From Felis catus (Eukaryota): a stretch of DNA of 64,000 nucleotides. Of the stretch, positions 51,080-63,699 are shown piece after piece. The notes under the pieces were generated by a model. The model saw nothing but the letters and a program-made list of their open reading frames with translations. It had not been told where the DNA came from and did not search any database. The DNA lies in contig NC_058368.1 of NCBI RefSeq assembly GCF_018350175.1, positions 37,574,001 to 37,638,000 of the forward strand, in the 5' to 3' direction. Position numbers and translations under genes: made by a program. Position 1 is the stretch's first letter; each line of letters opens with the position of its first letter.

Positions 51080-53269
51080 GAGAGGGACAAATTGTGGCTG
51101 GGGTATAAAGATTAGGCAGTTTAGTCTTCAGAGTTCAGTTTCCGTAATCAAAATTCACATACATGATTTTGTCACATGACTGTTGTGAAGATGAAATGAT
51201 ATAATTCATATAAAGATCCTTGTAAGTGTCATATAGTTTTAGGATTTATTATGTTAATTTATAATGAATTATGAAATCAGTTAGGCATAAATCAGATAGA
51301 TTAGTAGAAGGTGGTATATCATGTATGTTAATTAAATGATACTGGGAAATTTTAGCAAATTTAAAACTTTGAGTTAGGGTCTGAATTTATGACTTAAAAA
51401 AAATGTAGCCACTGTCTTTAATTGCATTTTTTGCCATATGCTGATGGGGACATATTTGCTCTTTTTAATTTGTGTCCCAAGCAATATTGTGTGTTATCTT
51501 TACAGACCAGATTTGGAAACTTTTTTTAAAAAAACGGAATTGTTTCTGTTTATTTATGGCTGCTGAGTTAGAAGTGACATTCATAATGAGTTTTGTTTTA
51601 TTTAAAATAAGTCTGTAATGTAGTCAGTTGCATGGCAGCAGAAGATATTTACGCATATCTGTATTATGGTTATGGGAAATATTTCTTTTGAAGTCCAAGA
51701 ATGCCACTTCTACTTTCACAGAACATAGAAGCCAAGCGAACATGGAATATGGTTGTAGTTTAATCATCTGCTTGACTTTAATTCCCTCATGGATTTATAT
51801 TTCATTATAGCATGCTTTAAATGCTGTGTTGATAAGGCAAATAATTCCTTTATTCATATCAGTGCCTATAAAGTCCTATGTCTGTGTTTGAAATAAAGAA
51901 TACACATCAAACCATCAATTCATATGGATTTAAGTGGAAGCAGACCTGCATGAATTGAATGGCTTTTTTTTCATTCCCTATAGTAATTTATTTACTATGA
52001 TAACTCTAGTTGCAGGCAAGAATCTGACACTGTTTAATGAGTCTTGTGTTGTCTTGGAGAACTGTGGAAACAACAAGACATTGCCTAAGACAGTTAGGAA
52101 AGATGCTCAGATGTAGATTCCAAATCTAAAAGGCCTCTTATGTGGCAATTAGGTGAAAGAGAGCCTTAGCTTTCTACCACCTCTTAAAGTTTTTCTCAGG
52201 AGAGATGTGCATTGCCCTAAACTCATTTCTCAGAGAAAGGCTGACTGTGATGCTTGTAAGGTTTCTCTCCCACTCACATGGCCTATCAGGCCTATTGTCT
52301 GTACATGTCACATTGATCCACTTCTCTCTGATAGCAAGTGCCTGTTGCAAAATTAAGTATCTTAAACAGCCCATTGATATGAATGCAGTGTCACAAATAG
52401 CATCTTGGCCCTAATTAGAGGTTAAAACAAATTTAAATTCTCTATGTCTGTGGCCACGCTACATTATTTTTAATGAGAGAATTTTGTCAATATCAACAAT
52501 TAGAAGAACATGCGTCCTTCAAGCACGCACAGTATTAAAATAACGAACCTAACAGCAGTGTTCTTTAAAAAGGACTTTGTTTTTTCTTTATGGATAGAAT
52601 TTGCAGACTGGAAGCCTGATCAGTTTGTATCCTCTTTACTCTGTCTCAGAAGAAAAACTCACTAACATGGAGTTACAGTATTGTTAGAGTGTAAATATGC
52701 ATTTAATGTAGAAAACTACATTCGTAGGGAAAATGGCAAGAGACTGGCTCTAAGAAAAGTTTTAGCTAAGCAGTTCTTTATACATCTGAGACTGTGCTAG
52801 CGACTGTTCCCATGAGGGAAATTTTATTTCCCTCTGGCCAGTCTCCCAGAATCAGCTGCTTCATCCTGCAGCCGTATTCTTCATGTGGCCACATTCTTCA
52901 TTCTGAAGCATTAGGCAGCTACCAGCACGATAGCCCATATGTGCAGCGACTTAGTGCATAGGAAAAATCTCTACCCAGCAATGTCAGCGGTACTTGACTG
53001 CTTCCTTCCGGGATGTCATGTCTCAAATCTTGGTTTGCTGTTAATCTTCCCCTTTTTTGCCTTCCCTGGTCAGTGTAACATTCCCCTAGCATATATATAT
53101 ATATGCATTAACAAAATGTCATTGGACTTCTTGGATAACTCTGCATTTATCTATCAGAGTTCTAAACTTACCATTTCATAGAAACGTTCCCCTTCCATTT
53201 TCAGGGAGAGGTAGTGGGAAAGTGGTTGCTAGTTACCATTCGCTCCCTAAGTGTTCTAGTACCCCCGAA

Positions 53270-53469
53270 TTTTTTTTTAACGTTTATTCATTTTTGAGAG
53301 ACAGAGTGCAAGCAAGGGAGGGGCAGAGAGAGAGAAGGAGACACAGAATCTGAAGCAGGCTTCAGGTTCTGAACTGTCAGCACAAAGCCCAGCATGGGGC
53401 TCAAACTCATGAACCCATGAGATCATGACCTGAGCCGAAGTCAGACCAACTGAGCCACCCAGGCGTCCC
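53270..53469 (-). mobile_element. Can-SINE
   Basis: Antisense body ending ...gccacccaggcgtccc. Confidence 0.95.
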
Positions 53470-53483
53470 AACCCCTGAAATAG

Positions 53484-53691
53484 TTTTTTTAAGTTTATTT
53501 ATTTATTTTGAGAGGAAGAGAGAGAATGCAGGCAGTGAGGAGGAGCAGAAAGAGAGGAGAGAGAAATCCTAAGCAAGTTCCAATGTTCAGGTGGAGGCTG
53601 ACACAGGGCTTGATTTCACAACCATGAGATAGTGAACTGAGCTGAAATCAAGAGTCGGACACTTAACCGACTGAGCCACCCAGGGACTCCC
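53484..53691 (-). mobile_element. Can-SINE (older), tandem with the previous copy
   Basis: gagctgaaatcaagagtcggacacttaaccgactgagccacccagg. Confidence 0.94.
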
Positions 53692-55197
53692 TGCCCCGAA
53701 ATATTGTGGCTATAATGTGAATATATATTAGTTCTTTATTCAGCAGTAATTAAGAACCTACAATATTCTTGGTTCTGTTAAACTATGGAAGGTGGTTTTG
53801 ACGAATGCAGTAAATCAGTCACTGTCTTTTGAAAATTTAAATTTGAATAATTCAAATGAAAATAAAATACAAAAGAATAAACATATGCCAATATGGTTGA
53901 AAGAGATTATGCATTTTACTAATTTTATTTAAATTAAATATTTTCATGGTATGTTTAATGAATCAGCAATGACATACTCTTTAGAATAATAAATAATTGG
54001 CATGAATAATCTTGCTTAATGACAAAGACCTTATACTAACTTTGTGTTTGAGGTTTTCTGGTGGTGGTTGTTCTTGGAGTTTTTGTATTATGATTCTATT
54101 AATTATTCCTCACAATTTAAAACTTTATTTGAAATGTTATGGCCTTAAATGTTGAGTGCTTATGAGGAGAGAATTCCTTAAATAACTGGACACTGGGAAA
54201 TTTAATATAGTTGTGTGGCTTTCATTCTTGGCTAGTATGATGATATTTCCAGATATCAGCTAATTCTTCCAGATACCAGCTAATTTGTTTAATGTTGCCT
54301 CCCTTTCTCTTTTTCACCTATGAACTACATTTGAATGTCCTTTTGTTTTCACTTAGAAAGTTATGAGCCAAAAACTATGTCTTGATTTCATTCCTAAATG
54401 TGTTTTCCATTTTCTCCCGACTATGAATTCTCAGTTTTATGAAGATAGGATTCTGAAGGATTTGCTTTCTGATGTTCCTGGGTTCTTTGAGGCTGACATC
54501 TAAATATTTGCTCTGGGTTTTATAAAATATTTGATTAAGGATTAGTGTGTGCTTACTCATGATCCTGCATTCTTTAGTCAGTGTTACCTAAATGCAAATT
54601 CTGCCCATGTGATATATCCACACTGCTATTTCTAAACATACACACATACAAACCCTCACACTCTGCTAGCTTTGGAATTAAAAAGCTCATAAAATATTTA
54701 TTAAAAGGTTTATAAACTACAATAAAATAGAATGACACCAGATTCTGTAGAATTGTCTACAAATATTATAAATGAATAATCATGTTTCAGTAAGCTATCA
54801 AATGAATTTAAAAAATGATCTAATTGAAAGAGATATACCTGAAGCAAATAAAATTTGGGTGCCTAGAAAGTTGGGTGCACATTGAATTCAATTTTAAATG
54901 CTATTCCCACCGCCCCGATACCAATTCTCTAAACTTATTATTTTTTCAGCACTTCTTATATTAAATTTGCTTAAAATAAGGTTCACATACAAAAGTAATG
55001 AGATAAAGTTAAATCAATTCTTTGTCAATATTTCTGTTTGTTTACCTTGGGCAAGTCAAACAATCTCATGGAGCCTTGATTTTTTTTTTCCAGCTGGCAG
55101 AAAATATATTTGGCTTTGATACCAAGGTAGCTTTTAACTGAAATAAAATAAATAATTAAATACCTCTATCGCTTTAATTATATGTAAATTAACTCTA

Positions 55198-55306
55198 AGG
55201 GCACCTGGCTGGCTCAGTCGGTAGAGCTTGCAACTCTTAATACCGCGGTTGTGAGTTCAAGTCCCTCATTGGGTGTAGAGATTGCTTAAAAAACAAAAAC
55301 ATAAAA
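55198..55306 (+). mobile_element. Short Can-SINE variant lacking the CT tract
   Basis: tRNA-like A/B-box head ggcacctggctggctcagtcggtagagc..gagttcaag followed directly by A tail; TSD attaactcta. Confidence 0.88.
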
Positions 55307-55337
55307 TATTAACTCTAAATAATAAGTTCCTTTATAT

Positions 55338-55557
55338 ATTTTTTACATTAAAAAAGTTAATGTTTATTTATTTTTGAGAGAGAGACAGAGAGAGAGAGAG
55401 CATGAGCAGGAGAGGGGCAGAGAGAGAGGATTACAAAATCCAAGCAGGCTCTATGCTGTCAATATAAAGCCCAATGTGGGGTTCGAACCCACAAACGTGG
55501 AGATCATGACCTGGGCCAAAGTTTCACTTTCAACCAACTTAGCCACTTAGGCAACCT
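55338..55557 (-). mobile_element. Can-SINE
   Basis: tttatttatttttgagagagaga..gagatcatgacctgggccaaag..gccacttaggcaacc. Confidence 0.92.
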
Positions 55558-56663
55558 CCTTTTTATGTTGAAAGAGTAATAAAAAAAGATGGTACCACGC
55601 CTTCAACTCTGATATTAAAGAAAAGGGTAATCTACTTGAATCTCAGATTTTATCCTCATATTTAATTGAATAAATTCATTTAGAACTGTAACATTTATTT
55701 AAGAATGAAGGAATTCTGAATTAATGTAAGATGACAAACTATGTACAAATATTATTTCAAAAGGCATATATTTGATTTTAGCACCAAATATTGTCGTAAT
55801 TTATGGCTCCAATATTAATTTCAGTGATGTGTTGAGAAGTTAAATTAGCTAATAACAAGTTATATTCACACATATATACCCCCTGTACACAGACACCAAG
55901 CATACAGTATATTATGTGTATAAATCAATACCAAATTAAAGTATTAAAATATATAAAATTAAAGTATATAAAGTATATGAATCAATATCAAAATCTTCCC
56001 CAATTATTTATTTGCATTTTAAAGAAGTTTGGAAATTGAAGCATCAATCAGAACTCTATTAGACCTGTAACTTATGGATTTTGGAATATAATTTTCATAC
56101 CTAGGCATTGAATCAGGTGTCCATGGAAACTACTATACTTATACCTAAGATTCTCTATTCATTTAATCTGCATGATCAGAATAATTTAATCATGTTCCTT
56201 CCTGCATCTTGGTTTTCTCTGGAAACATAGAAAACTGCATAATCATCTTTAGATTGTGAGGCAAACTTTTAACTGTTCCTGTTAAGGAGTTCATGTTATC
56301 TATGGTGTAAAAGTCATTCCCCAAAACAAAGGTCCTCACGTTTGTTTTGTTTTTTTTTCTGAAGTTTGCATTTAGTGTTGGATATTTTTGAATGCATGAA
56401 TTTTTACTTCACTCTTAAAGTCTGTGCAAAAATATGTGGACTAATTTTTTTTCTGATTTATGAAAAAGCACTAGATATTCAGGATGTACACATTTATAAT
56501 ATACTATAATTCCAGTTGGGATTATTACCAGGCATAAAGATTTACATCATTTTATTGTTTAAATAGTGAATGCTTATTACTACCCTTTGTTTAGAAGATA
56601 GATCAAATTGTGTAGAAAGTTTCATCATTTAATGGTAATATCCCATTAAAAAGCAACAGTGCT

Positions 56664-56860
56664 GGGGCACCTGGGTGGCTCAGTCAGTTGAGTGTCTGGC
56701 TCTTGATTTCTGTACAGGTCATGATCCCGAGATGGTGGGATCGAGCCCTGTGTTGGGCTCTGCACTGAGCATGGTGCCTGCTTAAGATTTTCTCTTTCTC
56801 CCTCTGCCCTTCCCTCACTCACACATGCTTTCTCTCTCTCTCAAATTAAAAAAATCGAAA
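56664..56860 (+). mobile_element. Can-SINE (older)
   Basis: GGGGCACCTGGGTGGCTCAG head, CT tract, tail. Confidence 0.93.
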
Positions 56861-57374
56861 AATAGCAACAACAGCAAACAACATAGCAGTGCACACACAT
56901 TATATATAATTATAATTATTATATCTTTATATATAATCATTATTTAACCTATATCAATTTCTCTTCTCCTAATTTGTATCTAGCATACCCAAGTTGTAAA
57001 GTTTGCATGGTGTTTAGTTTGAGAAACAAAATATATCTCAGTCTATGACCCTATAGCAATAAAAAGAAAAATCTAACCAAGAAAAGATGTATTTATTACA
57101 TTCAGGTAAGAGGAGCAAGAGGAGAAATGCTAACCAAATAGAAGCAAGAGGAGAAATGCTAACTTTATTAAATGTAAACAGCAAAATACAATAAAGGTTT
57201 CCTGGACATGGCATATTATATATATTCTATGTGTGTTCATATACCTTTTTCAAATTTTGCTCGGGAGGCATAGATCTATTTTATCACAGAAGGAATAGCT
57301 ATCAAGTTCCACAATATAAATATAAAGGAAAAAGCATACTCTCAAAATGGTTAGGTAAAATAAACATGACTTTC

Positions 57375-57560
57375 AGGATGCCTGGGTAGCTCACTTGGTT
57401 AAGTGTCTGACTCTTGATTTCTGCTCAGGTCATGATCTCACTCTATGTAAGATCAAGCGCCATGTTGGACTCCTCACTGACAGTGTGGGATTCTCTCTCC
57501 CTGTCTCTCTCTGTCCTTCTGCTCTCTCTCTCTCTTAAAATAAATAAATAAACTTAAAAA
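57375..57560 (+). mobile_element. Can-SINE (older)
   Basis: aggatgcctgggtagctcac..ctcttgatttctgctcaggtcatgatctc. Confidence 0.92.
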
Positions 57561-57601
57561 ATATGTATATACATATATATGTATATATATACATATATAT
57601 A

Positions 57602-57652
<51 letters not shown>
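57561..57652. repeat. (TA)n/(TG)n microsatellite at SINE tail
   Basis: Directly visible. Confidence 0.95.
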
Positions 57653-57657
<5 letters not shown>

Positions 57658-58424
57658 TCACATTATTGGAAACTTAAAAAAAGTGCAATAATGGTGAAGG
57701 ATTCTCATGATTTCTCTTAACTTCTTAACAGATGAAATCCACAAATGTTAAAAAAAAAAGGTACTTTCCATTATTAATTTCATGTTGCAAATTACACTTA
57801 CAATGTAAGTTTTACTTGTGCAAAGTAGATATATTTCATATTTTATTTTTAAGAATGCACAATACATACTCAAAAGACAATTATTTCTAAGTATTGATCA
57901 TTGTTAAGGATAGCACCACTGTAAAATTGTATAACAGTACATGCATGTTGGTAATTGAGGTGTTTTCACATTTTAAAATAAATAAAATTTGAGATTCAAG
58001 TTTTTTAATATTCATACCATGTCAAAAGTTACAACTGTGTCTTTTAAAATTTTATTTAAAATATGTTAAAAATATCCTCAAATACCATACAAGGATAGTG
58101 GGGTTTTTTTCTTTACAGAAAACAGTGGATTCTCATAAGGCTAACATAAGTCAATCAACAGTTATCTGAAAATGCTGACTCAGAAGTGAAAGTTCTCATT
58201 CTAATCATACTCTATCAATTTCAGATCTTCTGCAACATTTTTTATAATGTCGCTGAAGGGCATATGGCCTTCTAGTTCTTTCAACACAATTCTTTAGGGA
58301 AATATTTCAGCCAGGAATCTTGAAAGTTTGTTGGAAGCAAAGTCTAAGTAAGTAGTCAAAAAATTAAAAATTCATTCTTGTGAATATGGCTCATAAAATA
58401 AAAGTTCAGGTAAGTATGGATGCA

Positions 58425-58775
58425 TAGCATTGATTTTCTACTGATACCATAACAAATTACCACACATTTCATGGCTTAAGACAATACTAATTTATCACCT
58501 TACAGTTCTAGGGGACAGAAATCTGAAAGAGAGATCACTGGATGGAAATCCTGATACTGTGGCAGGACTGTTATATTTTGGAGGCCCTAGGGAAGAATTC
58601 TTTTCTCTACTTACCCAACTCCTACTAGCCTCCCACATTCCTTAGCTCCTAGATCCCTACCTACATCTTCAAAGACAGCAGCAGTGTTGCATCTCTATTC
58701 CTTTCTTCCATAGCCACCTCTCTCTCTCTCTTTCTTCTTCTGCCTTCCTACTTTGAGGACCCTTGTGATGACAGT
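58425..58775 (-). mobile_element. MLT1 (C/D-like) LTR fragment
   Basis: cataacaaattaccacac..tggcttaagacaa..tttat..tacagttcta..tggaggccctagggaagaat..ttgaggacccttgtgat. Confidence 0.8.
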
Positions 58776-58809
58776 GGAGCCAGGAAAAGGTTGAGAAAAA
58801 CAAGGCCTC

Positions 58810-58975
58810 AGGGCTCCTGGGTGGCTCAGTCCATTAGGCAACCCACTCTTGATCTAGGCTCACGTCATGATCTTATGGTTCATGGGTTCCAACCCCGCCT
58901 TGGGCTCCTCACTGAGAGTGCTGAGACTGCTTAGGATTCTGTCTCTCTCTCTGTCCTTCCCCTGTGCTCTTGTTT

Positions 58976-59008
<33 letters not shown>

Positions 59009-59029
59009 ATAAATGAACTTAAAAAAAAA
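58810..59029 (+). mobile_element. Can-SINE
   Basis: Perfect TSD agaaaaacaaggcctc 58794-809 / 59030-45. Confidence 0.95.
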
Positions 59030-59236
59030 AGAAAAACAAGGCCTCCTCCAAATATATACAGTATATATATAATTATCTGTAATCCAGCCTGAAAAAAAAA
59101 ACTGTTTCTGATGGGAAATACTTCCTAGATGTGTACAATATTGAGAACGGCAGACCTGAAGCCAAACAACCTTGGCTTGAATCTTTGTTCTTCTACCTAA
59201 TAGCTGTGTGTGACATAAGACAAGTTCTTATCCTTT

Positions 59237-59478
59237 TGTGGCACATAAAAAAATGGCAGAAACATCTTTAACACTCATCAAAGGCATGCAATCTATTTTC
59301 CCTTCCCTTGAATCTGGGCTGGCCAATGACTGACTAATAAAGCGTAAGTGACACTGTACTCATTCTAAGAATTGCCTGTAAGAGTTGTGGAATTTCTGCC
59401 TTGATTTGTTTTGCAAAGCAGCTAACAGGTGAGGTCTGACCTCCCTGAGGTTACCATGCAGTGAGAAGCACAGAAAGC
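59237..59478 (+). mobile_element. MLT1 (H/F-like) LTR 5' part
   Basis: tgtggca..aaaaatggc..cttcccttgaatctgggctggcc..ccctgaggttaccatgcagtgagaagc. Confidence 0.6.
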
Positions 59479-59479
59479 C

Positions 59480-60430
59480 CTAAATCTCCATAATAAAACT
59501 GTTAGAAGAAAGGAATTTGGCAAAGTTACAAGACACAAAAATCAACATGCAAAAAGCAACTGTGTTTTTATGTACTGACAATAAGGTATCTGAAAAGGAA
59601 ATTAAGAAAGCAGTAGGAATAAAAATACAATAACAATAAAAATGAATACCATGGTATCAATTATAAAATGCTTATAAATAAACCGCAAAGGTGAAAGTTT
59701 GTATGTTGAAAATCATAAAACACTGATAAAGAAATTAAAGCAGACACAAATAAATGGAAAGATACCCCATGATCATAGATTAGAAGAATTAATATCGTTA
59801 AAATCTGCACATTACTGAGGGCGCCTGGGTGGCTCAGTCAGTTAAGCATCCAACTTCAGCCCAGGTCATGATCCCACGGTTTGTGGGTTCGAGCCCCGTG
59901 TCAGGCTCTGTGCTGACAGCTCAGAGCCTGGAGACTGCTTCAGATTCTGTGTCTCCCTCTCTCTCTGCTCCTCCCCTGCTCATGGTCTGTTTCAAAAATA
60001 AATTAAAAACAAAAAAATAAAACATTAAAAAAAAGTTTTAAATGTGCACACTACTGAAAGGGATCTACAGATTCAATGCAACCCCTATCAAAATCCCAAT
60101 GGCACTTATTATAGAAATAAAATAAACAATTCTAAAATCATAGGAAACCACAAGATACCCCGAATATCAAATGCAATATTAAGAAAGAGGAACAAAACTG
60201 GAGGCATCACACTCCCTGGTTTCAAAACATATTATAAAGCTACAGTAATCAAAACATTATGGTACTAGCATGAAAATAGACAGACCAATGGAAAAAAAAT
60301 AGAGATCCCAGAAAGAAACCTACACATCATGATCAATTATCCTTCTAATAAATGGCCTGAGTGTTTCCAATAAATCGTATATCCATGTGCAAAAAAATGA
60401 ACTCAATTTATATCTTGGATCCTTACATCA
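59480..60430 (+). mobile_element. L1 ORF2 fragment interrupted by SINE
   Basis: ORF 60044-60268 contains [32 protein letters not shown] (L1 ORF2). Confidence 0.9.
59818..60040 (+). mobile_element. Can-SINE
   Basis: TSD aaat(c/g)tgcaca(t/c)tactga. Confidence 0.95.
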
Positions 60431-60659
60431 TTATTCTCTTTGGTCAATATCTCCTTTTTAGTGATATCACTAGAGTCTTTCCAGAAATATTCAATATTTT
60501 TTAAGTTGTGTAATTACCTTGAAAAAAAAAGAAGAAAGAAGAGAGTAATTTTTATGCATGAAGTTCACTGCAGTTGCTACCCAGTTTTTCTGCAAACTTT
60601 CGAAACCAACTGCTTAAATAGAGTCAGTAGTATTCACTGAAACTTTTCTCTTTCCACAA

Positions 60660-61810
60660 ATACTCCTCAACTCATCTGCTATGATTTCCCTTCATAGTGT
60701 TACAGAACACTCCTTTTTTCATGATCACCAAGGACTGTTTCTTCATCTCATGCCATGATTTATTTTTCATCTTCCCTAAACTCTCAGCGATGTGATGCAA
60801 TGTTGATCTCCTGCTTCTTTCTGAAACATGATCTTTCTTTGATTTCTAGGACTCCAACTGTCTCCCTGATTTTCTCCAGGAGTTTGGGAATCTGTTATGT
60901 CTCATCGTTTATTCCGTCACTAAATATTGGGAGTCTGTCACCAGCAAGTCCAGGTTCTCATATGTCCTTATACCATCCCCCTGATCTGTGTCCTCTTTTA
61001 TGGACACAGTCCTGAATACTATACGTGTGTCAAGGACTTCAGATTCCTAGTTCCGACTTTCGACTCTTGTCTAACGTTCTGAACAGTGTGCCCACATGTC
61101 TCCACTAGAAAGTGTTATCTAGACGTTCCTTATTCAAGAGAAAGTTAGATCTGTCCCAAACCAACTCATAATCTTTCTTTCTTGATTGCATCTCTCCTAT
61201 GTTGTCTGTTCCATCAAATGGCATGCTCATATAACCAGTTATTTCACAAAAATATCTAGACATTACCATGAAGAATTTCTTGAGCTTCCGCCTTCAACCT
61301 ATCGGAAGCCACGTCTGTTTCACTTTCAAGTTCGTCTGAAAGTCGATTTTTTTCTATTTTCACCATCACTACTTCAGTCCATCTAACGCCATCTCCTGCC
61401 TCTACAGGACTTCAATTCCTTCTTACTGTTGTTTCATCTCTTACCAGCTCCTTCCAATATAGTTGCAGGTTGCAAACAAAAGCAGGTTGTTAACAATTCC
61501 AGACTGACTTTGCCAAAAGTGATTCAGACTTGAGGACTTCCATTTTGTTTAGGGTAAACGCTGAAAGGCTTAACAAAAACTGTAGTGCCCTGTGATCAGT
61601 CTCCTGCTTATAAACCTCAAACCTTGTTTGCAAGCCTATTTTCACCACGTCATTCAGCCCCCTGGTCTTCTGCATTTCTTAAAGCAGCCATGCTTTCTCC
61701 TGCCGCGAGGTCTTGCACGCGTTATTCCCTCTATCTAAAATTAAGTTGCCCTCTTTTCATCTACACATTTCTTTCTCATCGTTCCAATGTCAGCTTAATG
61801 GCTCATTTCT
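60660..61810 (+). mobile_element. L2 fragment
   Basis: gatcaccaaggac.., atgtctccactagaaagtgt, tgtcccaaaccaactcata, tgccctgtgatcagtctcctgc L2-like blocks. Confidence 0.65.
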
Positions 61811-61811
61811 T

Positions 61812-61941
61812 GGGGGCCCTGAGTGGCTCAGTTGGTTAAGTGTCTGACCCTTGATCTCAGCTCAGGTCTTGATCTCAGGGTCGTGAGTTTGAGCCCCACA
61901 TTGGGCTCCATGCTAGGTGTGAAGCCTACTCAAAAAAAAAA
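61812..61941 (+). mobile_element. Short Can-SINE variant (no CT tract)
   Basis: gtggctcagttggttaagtgtctgacccttgatctcagctcagg..gagccccacattgggctccatgct..gaagcctactcaaaaaaaaaa. Confidence 0.9.
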
Positions 61942-62114
61942 GTCTATTTATTCACAGAAGCTTTTTTCTGAAACCCTAAACTAGGAACAATTTAATATTA
62001 TGTATTTCCGCCACAGTGTATATATTTTCTTCATAGGGTTTTTTAAATAAATTATATATAATAACTTTATTAAATAACAGAATTTAGAATCCTGTTTTTT
62101 TGTGGTCAGCATTT

Positions 62115-62661
62115 TATTTTTATTTTTATTTTTTCCCTCCCCTCCCTCCCACCCCCCATCAACCCTCAGTTTGTTCTCGGTTTTTAAGAGTCTCTTATGC
62201 TTTGGCTCTCTCCCACTCTAACCTCTTTTTTTTTCCTTCCCCTCCCCCATGGGTTTCTACTAAGTTTCTCAGGATCCACATAAGAGTGAAAACATATGGT
62301 ATCTGTCTTTCTCTGTATGACTTATTTCACTTAGCATTACACTCTCCAGTTCCATCCACGTTGCTACAAAGGGCCATATTTCATTCTTTCTCATTGCCAC
62401 GTAGTACTCCATTGTGTATATAAGCCACAATTTCTGTATCCGTTCATCAGTTGATGGACATTTAGGCTCTTTCCACAATTTGGCTATTGTTGAGAGTGCT
62501 GCTATCAACATTGGGGTACAAGTGCCCCTATGCATCAGTACTCCTGTATCCCTTGGGTAAATTCCTAGTAGTGCTATTGCTGGGGCACAGGGTAGGTCTA
62601 TTTTTAATTTTTTGAGGAACCTCCACACTGTTTTCCAGAGTGGCTGCACCAGTTTGCATTC
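62115..62661 (-). mobile_element. Young 5'-truncated feline L1 (L1_Fc-like) 3' end
   Basis: Open ORF2 C-terminus ([23 protein letters not shown]...DRYHMFSLLCGS*); perfect 14-bp TSD tgtggtcagcattt 62101-14 / 62662-75. Confidence 0.96.
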
Positions 62662-63089
62662 TGTGGTCAGCATTTCAAACCCAGTGCCCACTGCACTGCT
62701 TCACAGGTTCTATTTAGAAAATACATGATCTTGAATCATTTAACTTACTAGTAAAATATTTATATCCAAGTTTCTGATTTATAGGGCTAACGTCATAATA
62801 GATAAGGTCAGTGGATTAGCATACTTTAAAAATTCCAATAATATGCAATATAGAAAATGGATGATAAAGGATGACTTCCACTGCATCCAGAACATTCCAG
62901 CTGAACATGATTGAAATCTATTATTTCACTTCTGAAATAATAAAATAAAATTTTTCCAAACACCAATCAGAAGAGAGGAACACAATAGGTACAAAATTAC
63001 AGTGAACTAATGAAAGACCTGTGAAATGTTAAAATAATTCTTTTGTGCCTTGTTATCCACTGTGTCCCATGGATAGAATTAAATATTTT

Positions 63090-63430
63090 GTCGGGTTTCT
63101 CTTTCTGCATAACAAACTACCAAAACTTTACACGTTAAAATGGCACTCGTTTTTAATCTTAAAGTTTCATAGGTCTGAAGTCCAGGTGGACCTGACTGGT
63201 TTCTCCACTTAGGATCTCACAGAGTTGAAATCGATGTGTCAGCAAGGCTAGGCTCACATATGGAGGTTCTGGAGAAGAATCCATTTCCAAGAATTCACTT
63301 TATTCAGGTTTTTTCACTTCCCGGAAGTTGTGGGACTACTAATTGCATTTCTTTGCTGGCTTTCTCAAGGGGTTGCTTTTGGTACTTAGAGGCCATTCTT
63401 CTGCTCTTGTATGCAACTTCTCCCATCCTT
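63090..63430 (-). mobile_element. MLT1 (C/D-like) LTR fragment
   Basis: gcataacaaactaccaaaactt..gtctgaagtccagg..gtgtcagcaaggct..tggaggttctggagaagaatccatttcc. Confidence 0.75.
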
Positions 63431-63450
63431 TTTTTAAAATGGTATTTTTG

Positions 63451-63665
63451 GGGGCACCTGGGTGGCTCAGTCAGTTAAGCATCTGACTTCAGCTCAAGTC
63501 ATGATCTCACAGCTTGTGAGTTCAAGCCCCATGAAGGGGTCTGTGCTGACAGCTCAGAGCCTGGAGCCTGTTTCAGATTCTGTAGCTCCCTTTCTCTCTC
63601 TCTGCCCCTCCCCTGCACTCTCTCTCTCTCTCTCTTAAATAAATAGTAAAACATTAAAAAAAATG
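63451..63665 (+). mobile_element. Can-SINE
   Basis: Head/CT/tail; TSD aaatg(g/a)tatttttg. Confidence 0.95.
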
Positions 63666-63699
63666 TTTTTAAATGATATTTTTGGTACATTTTGATGAT

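Noticed and set aside
55198..55280. tRNA gene
   Set aside because: tRNA-like A/B boxes belong to a short Can-SINE with A tail and TSD; no intact cloverleaf.
62269..62691. 140-aa gene
   Set aside because: C-terminus of L1 ORF2 in a 5'-truncated copy; the start codon comes from flanking DNA.
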